Below are positions 1 to 9,100 of a stretch of DNA of 64,000 bases, piece by piece. The stretch comes from Candidatus Micrarchaeota archaeon. Lineage in GTDB: Archaea > Micrarchaeota > Micrarchaeia > Micrarchaeales > CABMGC01. Location: the NCBI GenBank assembly GCA_028867435.1, contig JAGWGI010000001.1, positions 19,996 through 83,995 on the forward strand, given 5' to 3'. Below the pieces are notes generated by a model. The model ran no database searches. It saw nothing but the letters and a program-made list of their open reading frames with translations, and was not told the origin of the DNA. The stretch's first letter is position 1; every line of letters begins with the position of its first letter. Both the position numbers and the translations under genes were made by a program.

Positions 1-1983
1 GAGCAGCCATGTGGCTATCGCCTCGTTGGTGGAGTTCACCTGGCCTATTGGCGAGGAGGTTGTAGTTGGGCCGTTAGAGGTCGAGAAACCCTGCCCGGCA
101 GGATATGTTGTAAGCGAGCTTGCAACCACGTTTCCAGAGACTATCGGGCAGGTCACGGTGCATGAGCCGGCGTTTTTGATTGTGCATTGCGAAACTACCC
201 CTGTGCAGTTTGATGGGGAGGCTTGCGAAGACGGCGAACTTGTGCCAACAAGTAAGTTTTGGGAGGCTGTGCCTGATCCACCCTCGCTGTCAAGAACTGT
301 TCCTGTCACTGTGTATGAGCCGGATTTTGAGTATGTGTGTGGGCCCGGGAATGTTGATGGCGGTACTGGCGCTATGGATGCTGCAAGGACGGCAAGATCC
401 GAAGCTCCGCTGCCTTTTGCGCTTGGTTGCGCTGCTGCTTGCTGGGAGGGAGTCCAGATTGCATTCACTGTGCCATCGCCCCAGGACCAGGTCTCAAGAG
501 TTACTGATGCCCCAGAACCAAGGTTAGGGTCGCTTATCTGCAGCTGCGGCGTCACTGTAAGGCTGTTGGTCGAAATAGTAGAGGCAGCTGCAATTGAAGA
601 TGGAGAGGAAAGCGTGTAGGAGCCAGAGTTGGCGAGCGATGCTCTCTGGCTTATTGAGCCTTTCGCATTTGCACTGTCTGTAGCTGTGAGGGTCAGGATG
701 TAGTTGCCTGCGACAGAGTATACATGCGTACCTGCGAATCCTGCAAGGGTACCAAGTCCATCTGATGCCGTCCAGACGGCACTTGTCGTGCCGTCGCCCC
801 AGGAGAGCGTGGCAAGGCTAAGTGAGGGCCCGGTGTTGGAGTCGTTAACAACTGCCGTCGGAGTAGCACTTAGACCAGAAGCAAGGGTTGAGAAGGAAAC
901 TTGTATAGAGGAGAGTGAATTGGTTAGCGTTTCTGCGGTGGGGGAGTTTGAACTTGGAAAGGGAAAGTATTCTTGATGTGAGGCAGTGCCAGTGGCATCG
1001 GCACTGTCGATTACCAGCTCGGTTATGGTGTAATAGCCAGGACCAGGATATGTATGGTTCCCTGGAAAGTTCTCCGGCACGCTATAGCCGTTTGCCAGCC
1101 AAGTTGTATCAGAAGAGCCGTCGCCCCAGCTCCAGTCTATGTACGTGAGAGTGGCCCCATTTTTGAGGTTTGAATCGTTGATTGTGTATGTTGGAGTTAC
1201 TTTGTATCCCGATGTGACCAGAGTGAAGTTGGTCTGCAGTGGATTTTGGGAGGCGGCTGTCTTGTTTGCAGAACTGGAGCCGCTTGAGCCGACCTGCACT
1301 TGCTCTGTAGCCAGGCCCGAAGCGTCTGCACTGTCAATTGCGTTTACCGAAATTGTGTATTGCCCTGAAGAAGAATAGGTATGGGTTCCAGGAAAGAGCG
1401 AGGAGGGAGGGTAGCCGTTATTGAGCCAGATGGTATCCTGGGATCCGTCGCCCCAGCTCCAGTCTATCTGGGTGAGCGACGCTCCGGTATTTGCATTTGG
1501 ATCGCTTAACGTGTATGTTGGAGTCGCATTCAGCCCGTGCACAGATACGGTAAATGAGATCCCTATTGCATAAGGTCCTGAGGAGACTGTATTTGATGCC
1601 GAGGAAGTGGATGGCACTGAGAGCTTGATTAGCTGCGAGCTAGCTCCGGTATTGTCAGACTTATCTATCACTTCCACGCTCAGATTGTACGTACCTTGCT
1701 GGGAATAGATGTGGTTGCCTGGAAAGCTCGAGAGGGCCTGCTGGCCGTCGGATGCAGTCCAGAAAGTCTGGGAGCCATCTCCCCATGACCATAAGACCGA
1801 TGTCAGTGAGGAAATTTGCTCCCCTATAGAGAGTTTTGGGGAAACGTTGAGATAATGGGAGGAAATAGTGAATGAGGTCTGGATTGTTGGGACAAAGGTG
1901 GTCTGGGCGGCTGAAACCAGGGAGCCTGCAACAACACCGAAGATAACAAGGCAGAAGACGGATATGACCAGTTCGTATCGCAT
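1..1983 (-). CDS. Secreted PKD-like repeat surface protein (C-terminal part lies beyond the window edge)
   Basis: Absent from the ORF track because it runs off the window edge. The minus-strand ATG at 1983-1981 gives MRYELVISVFCLVIFGVVAGSLVSAAQ, a signal peptide. Five W-x-WGDG motifs (reverse complement of ...cgccccag... near 474-494, 791-807, 1121-1135, 1447-1465, 1778-1795) all fall in the frame set by that ATG. Each is followed by H-x-Y-x3-G-x-Y...D, so these are PKD-like modules about 110 codons apart. The plus-strand ORFs listed here (11..619, 704..976 and others) are antisense artefacts. Confidence 0.7.
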   Translation of the reverse strand, partial: MRYELVISVFCLVIFGVVAGSLVSAAQTTFVPTIQTSFTISSHYLNVSPKLSIGEQISSLTSVLWSWGDGSQTFWTASDGQQALSSFPGNHIYSQQGTYNLSVEVIDKSDNTGASSQLIKLSVPSTSSASNTVSSGPYAIGISFTVSVHGLNATPTYTLSDPNANTGASLTQIDWSWGDGSQDTIWLNNGYPPSSLFPGTHTYSSSGQYTISVNAIDSADASGLATEQVQVGSSGSSSANKTAASQNPLQTNFTLVTSGYKVTPTYTINDSNLKNGATLTYIDWSWGDGSSDTTWLANGYSVPENFPGNHTYPGPGYYTITELVIDSADATGTASHQEYFPFPSSNSPTAETLTNSLSSIQVSFSTLASGLSATPTAVVNDSNTGPSLSLATLSWGDGTTSAVWTASDGLGTLAGFAGTHVYSVAGNYILTLTATDSANAKGSISQRASLANSGSYTLSSPSSIAAASTISTNSLTVTPQLQISDPNLGSGASVTLETWSWGDGTVNAIWTPSQQAAAQPSAKGSGASDLAVLAASIAPVPPSTFPGPHTYSKSGSYTVTGTVLDSEGGSGTASQNLLVGTSSPSSQASPSNCTGVVSQCTIKNAGSCTVTCPIVSGNVVASSLTTYPAGQGFSTSNGPTTTSSPIGQVNSTNEAIATWLL

Positions 1984-2066
1984 TGCATCCACTTACTTCT
2001 CCCCAGCTAACTATTTATTCCTTACATCTGCAGAACAGATATAGATTTTGGCGTGGCAATCAATGC

Positions 2067-2723
2067 ATGGAATATGACTTTTTGAAGTGGCTCGGGCACG
2101 CCAGCTTCGTTGTGGAGTCAGGAGGAAAGAGGATATTTGTAGACCCGTTCAGATTGCCAAAAAACGCAGGATATGCAGACATAATCTTCATAACCCACCC
2201 GCACTTCGACCATCTCAGCGAGGCTGATATAACAGGGATTGCAGACGGCCAAACGCACTTTGTTGCGCCTGAAGATGCCGCGAAGAAACTAGATTACAAG
2301 AACATCACTTTAGTGGGGCCAGGTGATAAGGGAGCTGTACTTGGGATAGATTTCGAGGCAGTGAGCGCATATAATGTAAAGCCAGAGAGGCAAAATTTCC
2401 ACCCAAAGAGTAGCGGCTGGGTCGGGTACATAATAACTGTGGAGGGAAAGAGGATATACCATCCTGGAGACACAGACCTGATTGAGGAGATGAAGGGAAT
2501 AGACGTGGATCTTGCACTCATCCCGTGCGGCGGCAAATACGTGATGGACATAGACGATGCGATACGTGCTACTGGGATTATAAAGGCAGGGCATTACGCA
2601 CCCATCCACTACAAGGCGATCGTCGGGAAGGACGGTGCGGCGGCAATAGAGAAGAAATTTAGGGAGAGCGTTAGGAACAGCATAATATTAAAGGAGGAGG
2701 GGGAGGCCTACTATTCCTTCTGA
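2067..2723 (+). CDS. Metallo-beta-lactamase-fold metal-dependent hydrolase
   Basis: MEYDFLKWLGHASFVVESGGKRIFVDP..., ITHPHFDH (HxHxDH metal motif), YHPGDTD, and a late His (APIHY). Start moved to the ATG at 2067, because the track start at 1983 overlaps the divergent gene. Confidence 0.75.
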   Translation: MEYDFLKWLGHASFVVESGGKRIFVDPFRLPKNAGYADIIFITHPHFDHLSEADITGIADGQTHFVAPEDAAKKLDYKNITLVGPGDKGAVLGIDFEAVSAYNVKPERQNFHPKSSGWVGYIITVEGKRIYHPGDTDLIEEMKGIDVDLALIPCGGKYVMDIDDAIRATGIIKAGHYAPIHYKAIVGKDGAAAIEKKFRESVRNSIILKEEGEAYYSF

Positions 2724-3511
2724 AGGGATTGGGCAATCCTGCAGGCAATTAATAATAGTTCGCTTGGGGAAAGATTATACGGCCTTGACTTAAGATCGCT
2801 CCCCAGCTCTTTCACCTTTGAGAGTATCTGGCTTTTTTCCATTCCGAGTGTTGCATGAGAATCAAGGAGTGCGTTCCTAAGGCGCTTGTTCTTGTGCTGC
2901 ATCAACATCGAGATCAGCTCCAACTCCCGCTTTCTTGGAGTGTCGCTTTTTGGTTTTAGGTATATCACCGCAGAGTCCACCTTTGGCACTGGGATGAAGT
3001 TGCCCTTTGGAACATCAATTATCTTGGTCATTGAAAAGCACAGCGAACTCATCACGCTCAGCCTGGAATACTTCTCTGTCCCTGGCTTTGCGAGCATGTG
3101 CTCCACGAACTCCTTCTGCAGGCAGAGCACTGCCTCGATCTTTTTGGAGAGCAGCCACTCTATCACCTTGCTGGACAGATTATACGGGACGTTGGAGATC
3201 ATTATCTGGGTGTCGGATACGCGAAGCTCCTCGTCGCTTGCCTTGAAGAAGTCCTTGTTGAGGAGCAGGAGCTTTCTGGATTTGAGCTCCACCTTTAGGA
3301 GCCTGTAGAGGTTCTGGTCCTTCTCTATTGCAACAACGCGAGAGGCATGTTTGCATAGTTCCCTTGTCAGCATGCCGTACCCTGGGCCAATCTCGATCAC
3401 GTTCTTCCCGTAGGCGTGCACAGCCTCGGCCTTTGCTATGAACTGGTTGTTTAGGAAGTTCTGCCCCAGAGCCTTTATCGGCTTTGAATATAGGTATGTC
3501 TTGGCAAGCAT
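2711..3511 (-). CDS. ksgA: 16S rRNA (adenine-N6,N6)-dimethyltransferase KsgA/Dim1
   Basis: LGQNFLNNQFIAKA, VIEIGPGYGMLTREL (SAM motif I), VVAIEKD, ISNVPYNLSS. The ATG at 3511 is preferred over the GTG at 3517. Confidence 0.9.
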   Translation of the reverse strand: MLAKTYLYSKPIKALGQNFLNNQFIAKAEAVHAYGKNVIEIGPGYGMLTRELCKHASRVVAIEKDQNLYRLLKVELKSRKLLLLNKDFFKASDEELRVSDTQIMISNVPYNLSSKVIEWLLSKKIEAVLCLQKEFVEHMLAKPGTEKYSRLSVMSSLCFSMTKIIDVPKGNFIPVPKVDSAVIYLKPKSDTPRKRELELISMLMQHKNKRLRNALLDSHATLGMEKSQILSKVKELGSDLKSRPYNLSPSELLLIACRIAQSLQKE

Positions 3512-3519
3512 TGTCACAC

Positions 3520-3609
3520 ATAACGGAATCCGCTGATAACCCTTTTAAGCGTTAATGTGCTATCATAACGGAATCCGCTGATAACCCTTTTAAGCGTTAA
3601 TGTGCTATC
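3520..3609. repeat. Perfect 45-bp tandem duplication (2 copies) in the divergent ksgA/pilin promoter region
   Basis: ataacggaatccgctgataacccttttaagcgttaatgtgctatc occurs at 3520-3564 and again, identical and directly abutting, at 3565-3609. Each copy carries a TATA-like cttttaag. Confidence 0.95.
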
Positions 3610-3624
3610 CTATTGTCTGGTTAA

Positions 3625-4665
3625 ATGAAGCTGCAGTCGTCTATAGAGTTCCTCCTGACATACAGCTTCCTCTTCCTGCTGGTCGGAGTGATAATGAGCT
3701 TTTTGTTCTTCTTCGCAACTGCGCCAAAGGCGATCATACCCTCTTCATGTCAGGCAAACGGCGGGATTCAGTGCAATACTGCAATAGACTACGTGAACCA
3801 AAGCGGGGGATATTCGCTCATCACCATCTCGCTTTCAAACATGCAATCCGTGCCGATAAATCTGAGCGGAGTGCAGGTCACGATAAACACGGCAAACAGC
3901 ATAGCGGGGGGCTGCGTGCCATTTGTATTGTATCCGGGGCAGAGCGCAACCTGCATAGCAGCTATGACCCAGACGCCCACGGCACAGAGCACTGTGAACG
4001 GCTTCTTCTCCGTAAACGCGCTTTACTGCAACAGCGGCCTGCTGAACCTGGCCAACGGCTGTATAGGGGGCACTAATGTGCAGTACGGGGGCTCATTCTC
4101 CATAACTGCGATTCAGCAAAAAACCCTGGTATTCTCAGTGCAGGTGGGGCAGAGCCCCACAACCCAGCAGTCGCCCATCTACCCGGCAAGCCCGCTTTCG
4201 ATGCCAGGCGGATACATAAACGTGCAGAATGGAGAGGTCACCGCGCTTGCCAACGGCTATGGATTTGGCACTGCCAACTACATAAACCAGCGCCATGTCA
4301 ACCTGATAGTTGGACCTTTTCCGAGCTCGGTCTCTGCCCTGAATGCAAAGACTGCTTGCAGCGGAATCTACAACACTACCTATTCCATAGCTAGCACTGC
4401 GATCTACGTGCCTGCGGCAAAGCCATCAAGCCCTGTGATAAACGCATATGCCGACAATGGCATGGAGGTCTTCTATCGCACCTCATCGAAGGTATGGAGC
4501 AACGTGCTTGACGGTTCTTTGTGGAGCCCGGCCACTGGAGTGGGAACTGCCGGGCCAGATACAATCACCCTGAGCACTGGCGCAGTCAATTATCTTGCGA
4601 TAGACTGGTATAACAGTTGCGGCGACGGGGTTCAGATGCTGAGCATACATGGGCTGACAGGCTAG
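3625..4665 (+). CDS. Archaeal type IV pilin-like secreted protein
   Basis: The N-terminus MKLQSSIEFLLTYSFLFLLVGVIMSFLFFF is a short leader, then Q-x-S-x-E-F-L, then a hydrophobic helix (class III prepilin-type signal). The rest is sequon-rich and secreted. The C-terminal ~120 aa (ADNGMEVFY...YLAIDWYNSCGDGVQML) is only vaguely PA14-like. Confidence 0.55.
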   Translation: MKLQSSIEFLLTYSFLFLLVGVIMSFLFFFATAPKAIIPSSCQANGGIQCNTAIDYVNQSGGYSLITISLSNMQSVPINLSGVQVTINTANSIAGGCVPFVLYPGQSATCIAAMTQTPTAQSTVNGFFSVNALYCNSGLLNLANGCIGGTNVQYGGSFSITAIQQKTLVFSVQVGQSPTTQQSPIYPASPLSMPGGYINVQNGEVTALANGYGFGTANYINQRHVNLIVGPFPSSVSALNAKTACSGIYNTTYSIASTAIYVPAAKPSSPVINAYADNGMEVFYRTSSKVWSNVLDGSLWSPATGVGTAGPDTITLSTGAVNYLAIDWYNSCGDGVQMLSIHGLTG

Positions 4666-5705
4666 TCCGAAAAGCGCTTTGATACGCTCGCTATTCCCTT
4701 GAAGTTGCCCAGCTGCATGCCCGCGTCGTCAGACGAGTTGAATATCTCTATCTTCACCTTCTGCCTGTCCGCAAGATCCAGCACCTCCTGCACGCTCCTC
4801 TCGTTGAGTGAGGAGTCGTTGACCATTACAACTGCTGCATCGTACTCTTCTAGCGAGGCCTTCACCTGCTCGGTTCCAAATGAGGATGATGCGAGCTTGA
4901 GGCCCGTTAGAAACTTGTTGAGCAACTCAAACTCCCTCTTCACCTGCTCCTGCGCAAGCAGCGAGACCACCGCATCACTTTGCATCGCCTCCCTGACCCC
5001 TCCCCTCTCCGCATCGCTGGCAAGAACGTAGAGCAGCCGCTTCCCCACTTCAAGGTGCTTGTCGCTTATGTATTTCTTGATGTCTTCCTTGGCGAATCCC
5101 GGGCCCGCTATCGCGACCACCTCGACTTTCATGTTCCTTGCCGTCTCGACTATCTGGCTGAAGTACTTATCGCGCTGCGCGTTGTAGTCCTTTTCCTTCA
5201 TGCGCTTGCTAAGGTGGCTGTAGAGCTCGGTTATGATCTCGATACCGTAGCCGCGGATGTACGCAGCGGTTGCCTTCTCCTCGTCAAGCGCTATAACCCC
5301 TATCCTGGGCTTCTTTGAATCCTCAACGGCCTGGCGTACGCGCCTTAGTATGTAGTCCTTCCACTCCCTCTTCTGTATGTCGATCGTGTCTCCAACGGCG
5401 GTGTTGATTGTGTGGTAGCTGTTTAGCCTGATGAACTCCTCTGGCCTGCCCCAGAGTATCTTGCCTGTGAACCTGAGCATGCTCGCACCCTTGTCTAGCT
5501 CGACCTTCTCTACGCCTAGCTTTATCAGAACCTCCTTCTGCTCGCCAACGTCGCCCTCGCTCGCCCTAAATCGCCTGTAGCTTTTTGCCTCCACGTTATC
5601 GCCTATTGCCACTATCCTCTCGATAAGATACAGATCGTCGAATGAGTCCGGACGCAGGCGTATGGTGTTTGTAGCCTGGAAGTTCTTTATTATGTGCATT
5701 TTCAT
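4662..5705 (-). CDS. pelA: Pelota (ribosome rescue / mRNA surveillance factor)
   Basis: 347 aa. N-terminus IRLRPDSFDDLYLIERIVAIGDNVEAKSYRR, a central eRF1-like domain (VIALDEEKATAA) and a C-terminal domain (LTGLKLASSSFGTEQVKASLEEYDAAVV). Confidence 0.9.
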   Translation of the reverse strand: MKMHIIKNFQATNTIRLRPDSFDDLYLIERIVAIGDNVEAKSYRRFRASEGDVGEQKEVLIKLGVEKVELDKGASMLRFTGKILWGRPEEFIRLNSYHTINTAVGDTIDIQKREWKDYILRRVRQAVEDSKKPRIGVIALDEEKATAAYIRGYGIEIITELYSHLSKRMKEKDYNAQRDKYFSQIVETARNMKVEVVAIAGPGFAKEDIKKYISDKHLEVGKRLLYVLASDAERGGVREAMQSDAVVSLLAQEQVKREFELLNKFLTGLKLASSSFGTEQVKASLEEYDAAVVMVNDSSLNERSVQEVLDLADRQKVKIEIFNSSDDAGMQLGNFKGIASVSKRFSD

Positions 5706-5720
5706 CGCTCTGCTTTAGAT

Positions 5721-5969
5721 TTACCTGTCTTCTTTACCATTTCCGCCAAGGTCACCAATTTGACTTTTCCTTTCTTTATCTGCACATCTATCCTCTTTCT
5801 TTTTCTCTGATATGAGTTTCCCCTCAAACTCGCTTTTGGGTATGTATTCCCTGCCCAGTTCCAATATTCCGGCTCTTATAGCCTCTGATTTTGTCTTGTA
5901 GAAGCTCTTTTTTACTAATTCCTCAAGTATGGCCTCCGCCGCACCATCCAATCTTACTATAGTCTCCAA
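5721..5969 (-). CDS. Ribbon-helix-helix (CopG/Arc-like) small DNA-binding protein
   Basis: ETIVRLDGAAEAILEELVKKSFYKTKSEAIRAGILEL shows the beta-strand, helix, helix pattern of RHH proteins. No adjacent toxin gene was recognised. Confidence 0.5.
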   Translation of the reverse strand: METIVRLDGAAEAILEELVKKSFYKTKSEAIRAGILELGREYIPKSEFEGKLISEKKKEDRCADKERKSQIGDLGGNGKEDR

Positions 5970-6071
5970 ATTGTCACTATATCAAATTGGTATCAATATG
6001 ATAATATATATCTTCACGGGGCTTGTGGGGATGGCGAAATAGGTTAAAAGCTTTAGATTCAAGGTTATATC

Positions 6072-6707
6072 ATGCTCGCTGAACTCTCGGTTGCATTCTC
6101 TTCCCTGATCGCGCCGCTCACAGGCACATATGCGAGCATAAACACATTTGTGGGAGCCTATGGATATCTTGCGATCTTCATACTGATGGCACTTGAGTAC
6201 GCATCGCTTCCGATACCAAGCGAGATTGTGCTGCCACTGATAGGTCTGTTTGCAGCGCGCGGTACGCTTGGGTTCCTCCCTGCGCTGCTTGTAGTAGCAC
6301 TTGCCGGGCTTGTAGGTATGGGAATAGACTATTTCATAGCCTATTACCTGGGGAAGGATGTAGTGTACAAACACGCATCAATGTTCCACATAAAGAAGCA
6401 ACAACTAGACGATTTTGACGCCTGGTTCTCGCGCAACGGCAGCTTTGCTGTGTTCATAGCAAGGCTAATACCTGTGGCAAGAGGGCTTGTCAGCTTCCCC
6501 GCTGGGTTTGCAATGATGAATAAGCGCGCATTTTTTCTCTACTCTTTTGCAGGCGCCCTGATCTGGGATGTTGCGCTCATGCTCTTTGGTTACTATGGGC
6601 TCTCTTCAAGCAGCGTGTCTGTTACAATAAGCGCCATTGCAATCTTTGCAGTGGCGATATACATTATTTACAGGCTTGCCCTATCTGGCATAAGAAAAAG
6701 GAAGTAG
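6072..6707 (+). CDS. DedA/SNARE-associated family membrane protein
   Basis: YGYLAIFILMALEYASLPIPSEIVLPLIG, ARLIPVARGLVSFPAG, multiple TM helices. Confidence 0.8.
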   Translation: MLAELSVAFSSLIAPLTGTYASINTFVGAYGYLAIFILMALEYASLPIPSEIVLPLIGLFAARGTLGFLPALLVVALAGLVGMGIDYFIAYYLGKDVVYKHASMFHIKKQQLDDFDAWFSRNGSFAVFIARLIPVARGLVSFPAGFAMMNKRAFFLYSFAGALIWDVALMLFGYYGLSSSSVSVTISAIAIFAVAIYIIYRLALSGIRKRK

Positions 6708-6860
6708 AATGGTTTGCACAGACGCATGGCATAAGCACAACTCATCAGTTGCAGGGGCCGAATTTAGGCAGTAAGGAATGGGGCGCATATGCAATATTGC
6801 ACATTAAATATGTCGTAATATGCAAAATCATTAAATATTAGATAGTATAGTATATTTAAT

Positions 6861-8153
6861 ATGGCAGATTCTATAGCCCAAATATTAAGAAGGCAAATGA
6901 GCGAGTTTCAGCTTATCTACTCCTCAGACGGGATAATAAAGAGGGACAACCAGGCAACTCTCTCTAAAAACATAGATAACGCATTAGTAAAAGTGATTGT
7001 AGGGGTCAGAAGGAGCGGCAAGTCTACACTAGCCACTCTGCTGCTAGAAGGCAGGACTTTTGCCTACGCAAATTTTGATGAAAAGGGATTGACGGGCATC
7101 AACCTAGATGAACTGCTTTCTTTCCTAAAGGAAGTGTACGGTAATGCAAAGATAATATTTCTCGACGAAATCCAGAATGTGGACAGGTGGGAGCTGTGGG
7201 TTAACAGCATAAAGCGTCTTGGATACGATCTCATCATAACAGGATCAAACGCAAACATGCTAAGCAAAGAACTGGCAACGCACCTTACCGGCAGGTATGT
7301 GCAGTTTGAAGTGTTTCCATTCAGTTTCGCAGAATATCTACGCCTCAACAGGCTCGATGCGGCAAAGCTCAGGGACGAAGGCAGAGAGGGCGAACTAAAG
7401 AACGCACTGGAGCGTTATATGAAAAGTGGCGGATTTCCAGAGTTGGTGGCAAAGAATCTCGACCAGAGCTATCTTAAGACGATTGCTGGCGACATAATCT
7501 ACAAGGACATAGTGCTCAGATGGAATGTGCGGCACATGTCAGAACTTGACAGCGTGGCGAGCTATCTCGCATCGATATGCTCCTCAGAGTTTACAGCAAC
7601 TAAACTAGCGCATTCCCTAAATATGAAGAGTGCGATAACCGCTCAAAAGTACTGCAACTACCTGCACGAAGCTTATCTCTTTTTCTATCTTAAAAGGTTC
7701 TCTTTCAAGGCAAAAATCAGGGAGAAAGCTCCAAGGAAGGTATACTCAATCGATACAGGAATTATATCTGCCATAGGAACAAAGTTCGCCCCTGATTCTG
7801 GCAGGCTCATTGAGAATTTAGTGTTCCTTCAATTACGAAGAATGAACATGGTCGAGAATCAGAATCTCTTTTATTATAAGGACGTGGCAGGAAAAGAGGT
7901 TGACTTTGTAATAAAAGAGGGGCTGGCAGTTACCCAGTTAATACAGACTACATACGCATCGAGCAGAGAGGAGGTACAAAAAAGGGAGATTGCAGCACTC
8001 CTAAAGGCTGCCAAAGAGCTGAAATGCGATAAGCTTACAATCATAACCTGGGATTATTCAGCCACCGAGAAAATCGAAGGGCACACAATACAATTTGTAG
8101 CGTTGTGGGGATGGCTTATTCAAAACGATTTTGCCCAGAAACGTTTGGCATGA
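6861..8153 (+). CDS. AAA-type ATPase with C-terminal DUF4143-like domain
   Basis: Walker A VGVRRSGKSTL, Walker B IIFLDEIQNV, C-terminal GKEVDFVI module. Confidence 0.75.
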   Translation: MADSIAQILRRQMSEFQLIYSSDGIIKRDNQATLSKNIDNALVKVIVGVRRSGKSTLATLLLEGRTFAYANFDEKGLTGINLDELLSFLKEVYGNAKIIFLDEIQNVDRWELWVNSIKRLGYDLIITGSNANMLSKELATHLTGRYVQFEVFPFSFAEYLRLNRLDAAKLRDEGREGELKNALERYMKSGGFPELVAKNLDQSYLKTIAGDIIYKDIVLRWNVRHMSELDSVASYLASICSSEFTATKLAHSLNMKSAITAQKYCNYLHEAYLFFYLKRFSFKAKIREKAPRKVYSIDTGIISAIGTKFAPDSGRLIENLVFLQLRRMNMVENQNLFYYKDVAGKEVDFVIKEGLAVTQLIQTTYASSREEVQKREIAALLKAAKELKCDKLTIITWDYSATEKIEGHTIQFVALWGWLIQNDFAQKRLA

Positions 8154-8205
8154 GTGCCGCTCCTACCCAATTGCCGTTGAACTTCGGAGCTAGCTATCTA
8201 CGCCT

Positions 8206-9084
8206 TTAAGATATACCATCTTTGGATAAGAGTTTGCTGAATTTCTGCGTGACACTTTTTCTGAGGTTATATGTGTTTGCAAATCTTGCGTATGCCAGCC
8301 AGCCGTCCAGGCTTTTCGAGGCATCTTCATTAGTCATTAGGCCGTCCTGACACCTCTTTGTGAATACCTCTAGGCGCTTCCATATCCTCCTTGCATTGCT
8401 TTTCTTGAGCAGCTTGTAGTCTCGGAAAACCCTGAATCCTAGGAAGGTTATCCCTGCGTGCAGGGGGAGTATCTTTGTCTTTTCCTTGTGCAGCTCTATA
8501 TCGAGGCTTGAGCTGAGAAAATTATCTATGTCCGCCCGCCATTTCTCAAGACGGCCCTTATCGTTATCAAAGATCACAAAATCGTCTACGTATCTAATGT
8601 AATGCTTTGCCTTCAGGGTGTGCTTGACGAACTGATCAAGTTCGCCGAGGTATACGTTTGCGAAAAACTGGGAGGTGAGATTGCCTATTGGCATTCCCTT
8701 CCCTTCTATTTCAGATTTGTGATTCGCCAATATTATCCGTATAAGCTGCATGACCTGTGGATCTGCTATCTTATGGCCGACAATTTTTAACAAAATGCCA
8801 TGGTCTACGGTATCGAAATAATGGCGTATGTCGGCTTTCAGCGCAAATCCCGCGATGCGGCTTGCTTGCATGCGGGCGGTTTTTCTCATAAAAAACGCCG
8901 CTCTCCTTAGCGCTTTGTGGGTTCCTTTCCCATTCTGATTTGCAAAGGAATCATAGATAAATCCCTTCTCAAGAATCGGCGAGATTATGTTGCACAGGGC
9001 ATGATGCACAACCCCGTTCCTGTACTGTCGTCGCGCTGTCTTCTTCTCTTGTTCCTTGTAAGTGTGTCTTCGAGCTAGACGCAT
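8206..9084 (-). CDS. Reverse transcriptase, diversity-generating retroelement (DGR) type, possibly N-terminally truncated
   Basis: YVDD catalytic box (IRYVDDFVIF). The DGR-diagnostic motif 4 is PIGNLTSQFFANVYL, where group II introns have QGxxxSP. Also HHALCNIISPILE, NGKGTHKAL, ADIRHYFDTVDH and FLGFRV. The frame is closed by a TAA about 20 codons upstream of the ATG. Confidence 0.8.
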   Translation of the reverse strand: MRLARRHTYKEQEKKTARRQYRNGVVHHALCNIISPILEKGFIYDSFANQNGKGTHKALRRAAFFMRKTARMQASRIAGFALKADIRHYFDTVDHGILLKIVGHKIADPQVMQLIRIILANHKSEIEGKGMPIGNLTSQFFANVYLGELDQFVKHTLKAKHYIRYVDDFVIFDNDKGRLEKWRADIDNFLSSSLDIELHKEKTKILPLHAGITFLGFRVFRDYKLLKKSNARRIWKRLEVFTKRCQDGLMTNEDASKSLDGWLAYARFANTYNLRKSVTQKFSKLLSKDGIS

Positions 9085-9100
9085 CAGAAAAAGAAAATGA

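Noticed and set aside
11-1378. Plus-strand ORFs (202, 115, 90, 77 and 79 aa) at the window start.
   Set aside because: They are antisense to a continuous minus-strand PKD-like repeat gene. Five WGDG motifs share one frame with an ATG and signal peptide at 1983. The plus-strand products have no recognisable features.
3520-3609. A possible minimal CRISPR or other repeat array.
   Set aside because: There are only two directly abutting identical copies with no spacer, and they lie in a promoter region. No cas genes occur in the window.
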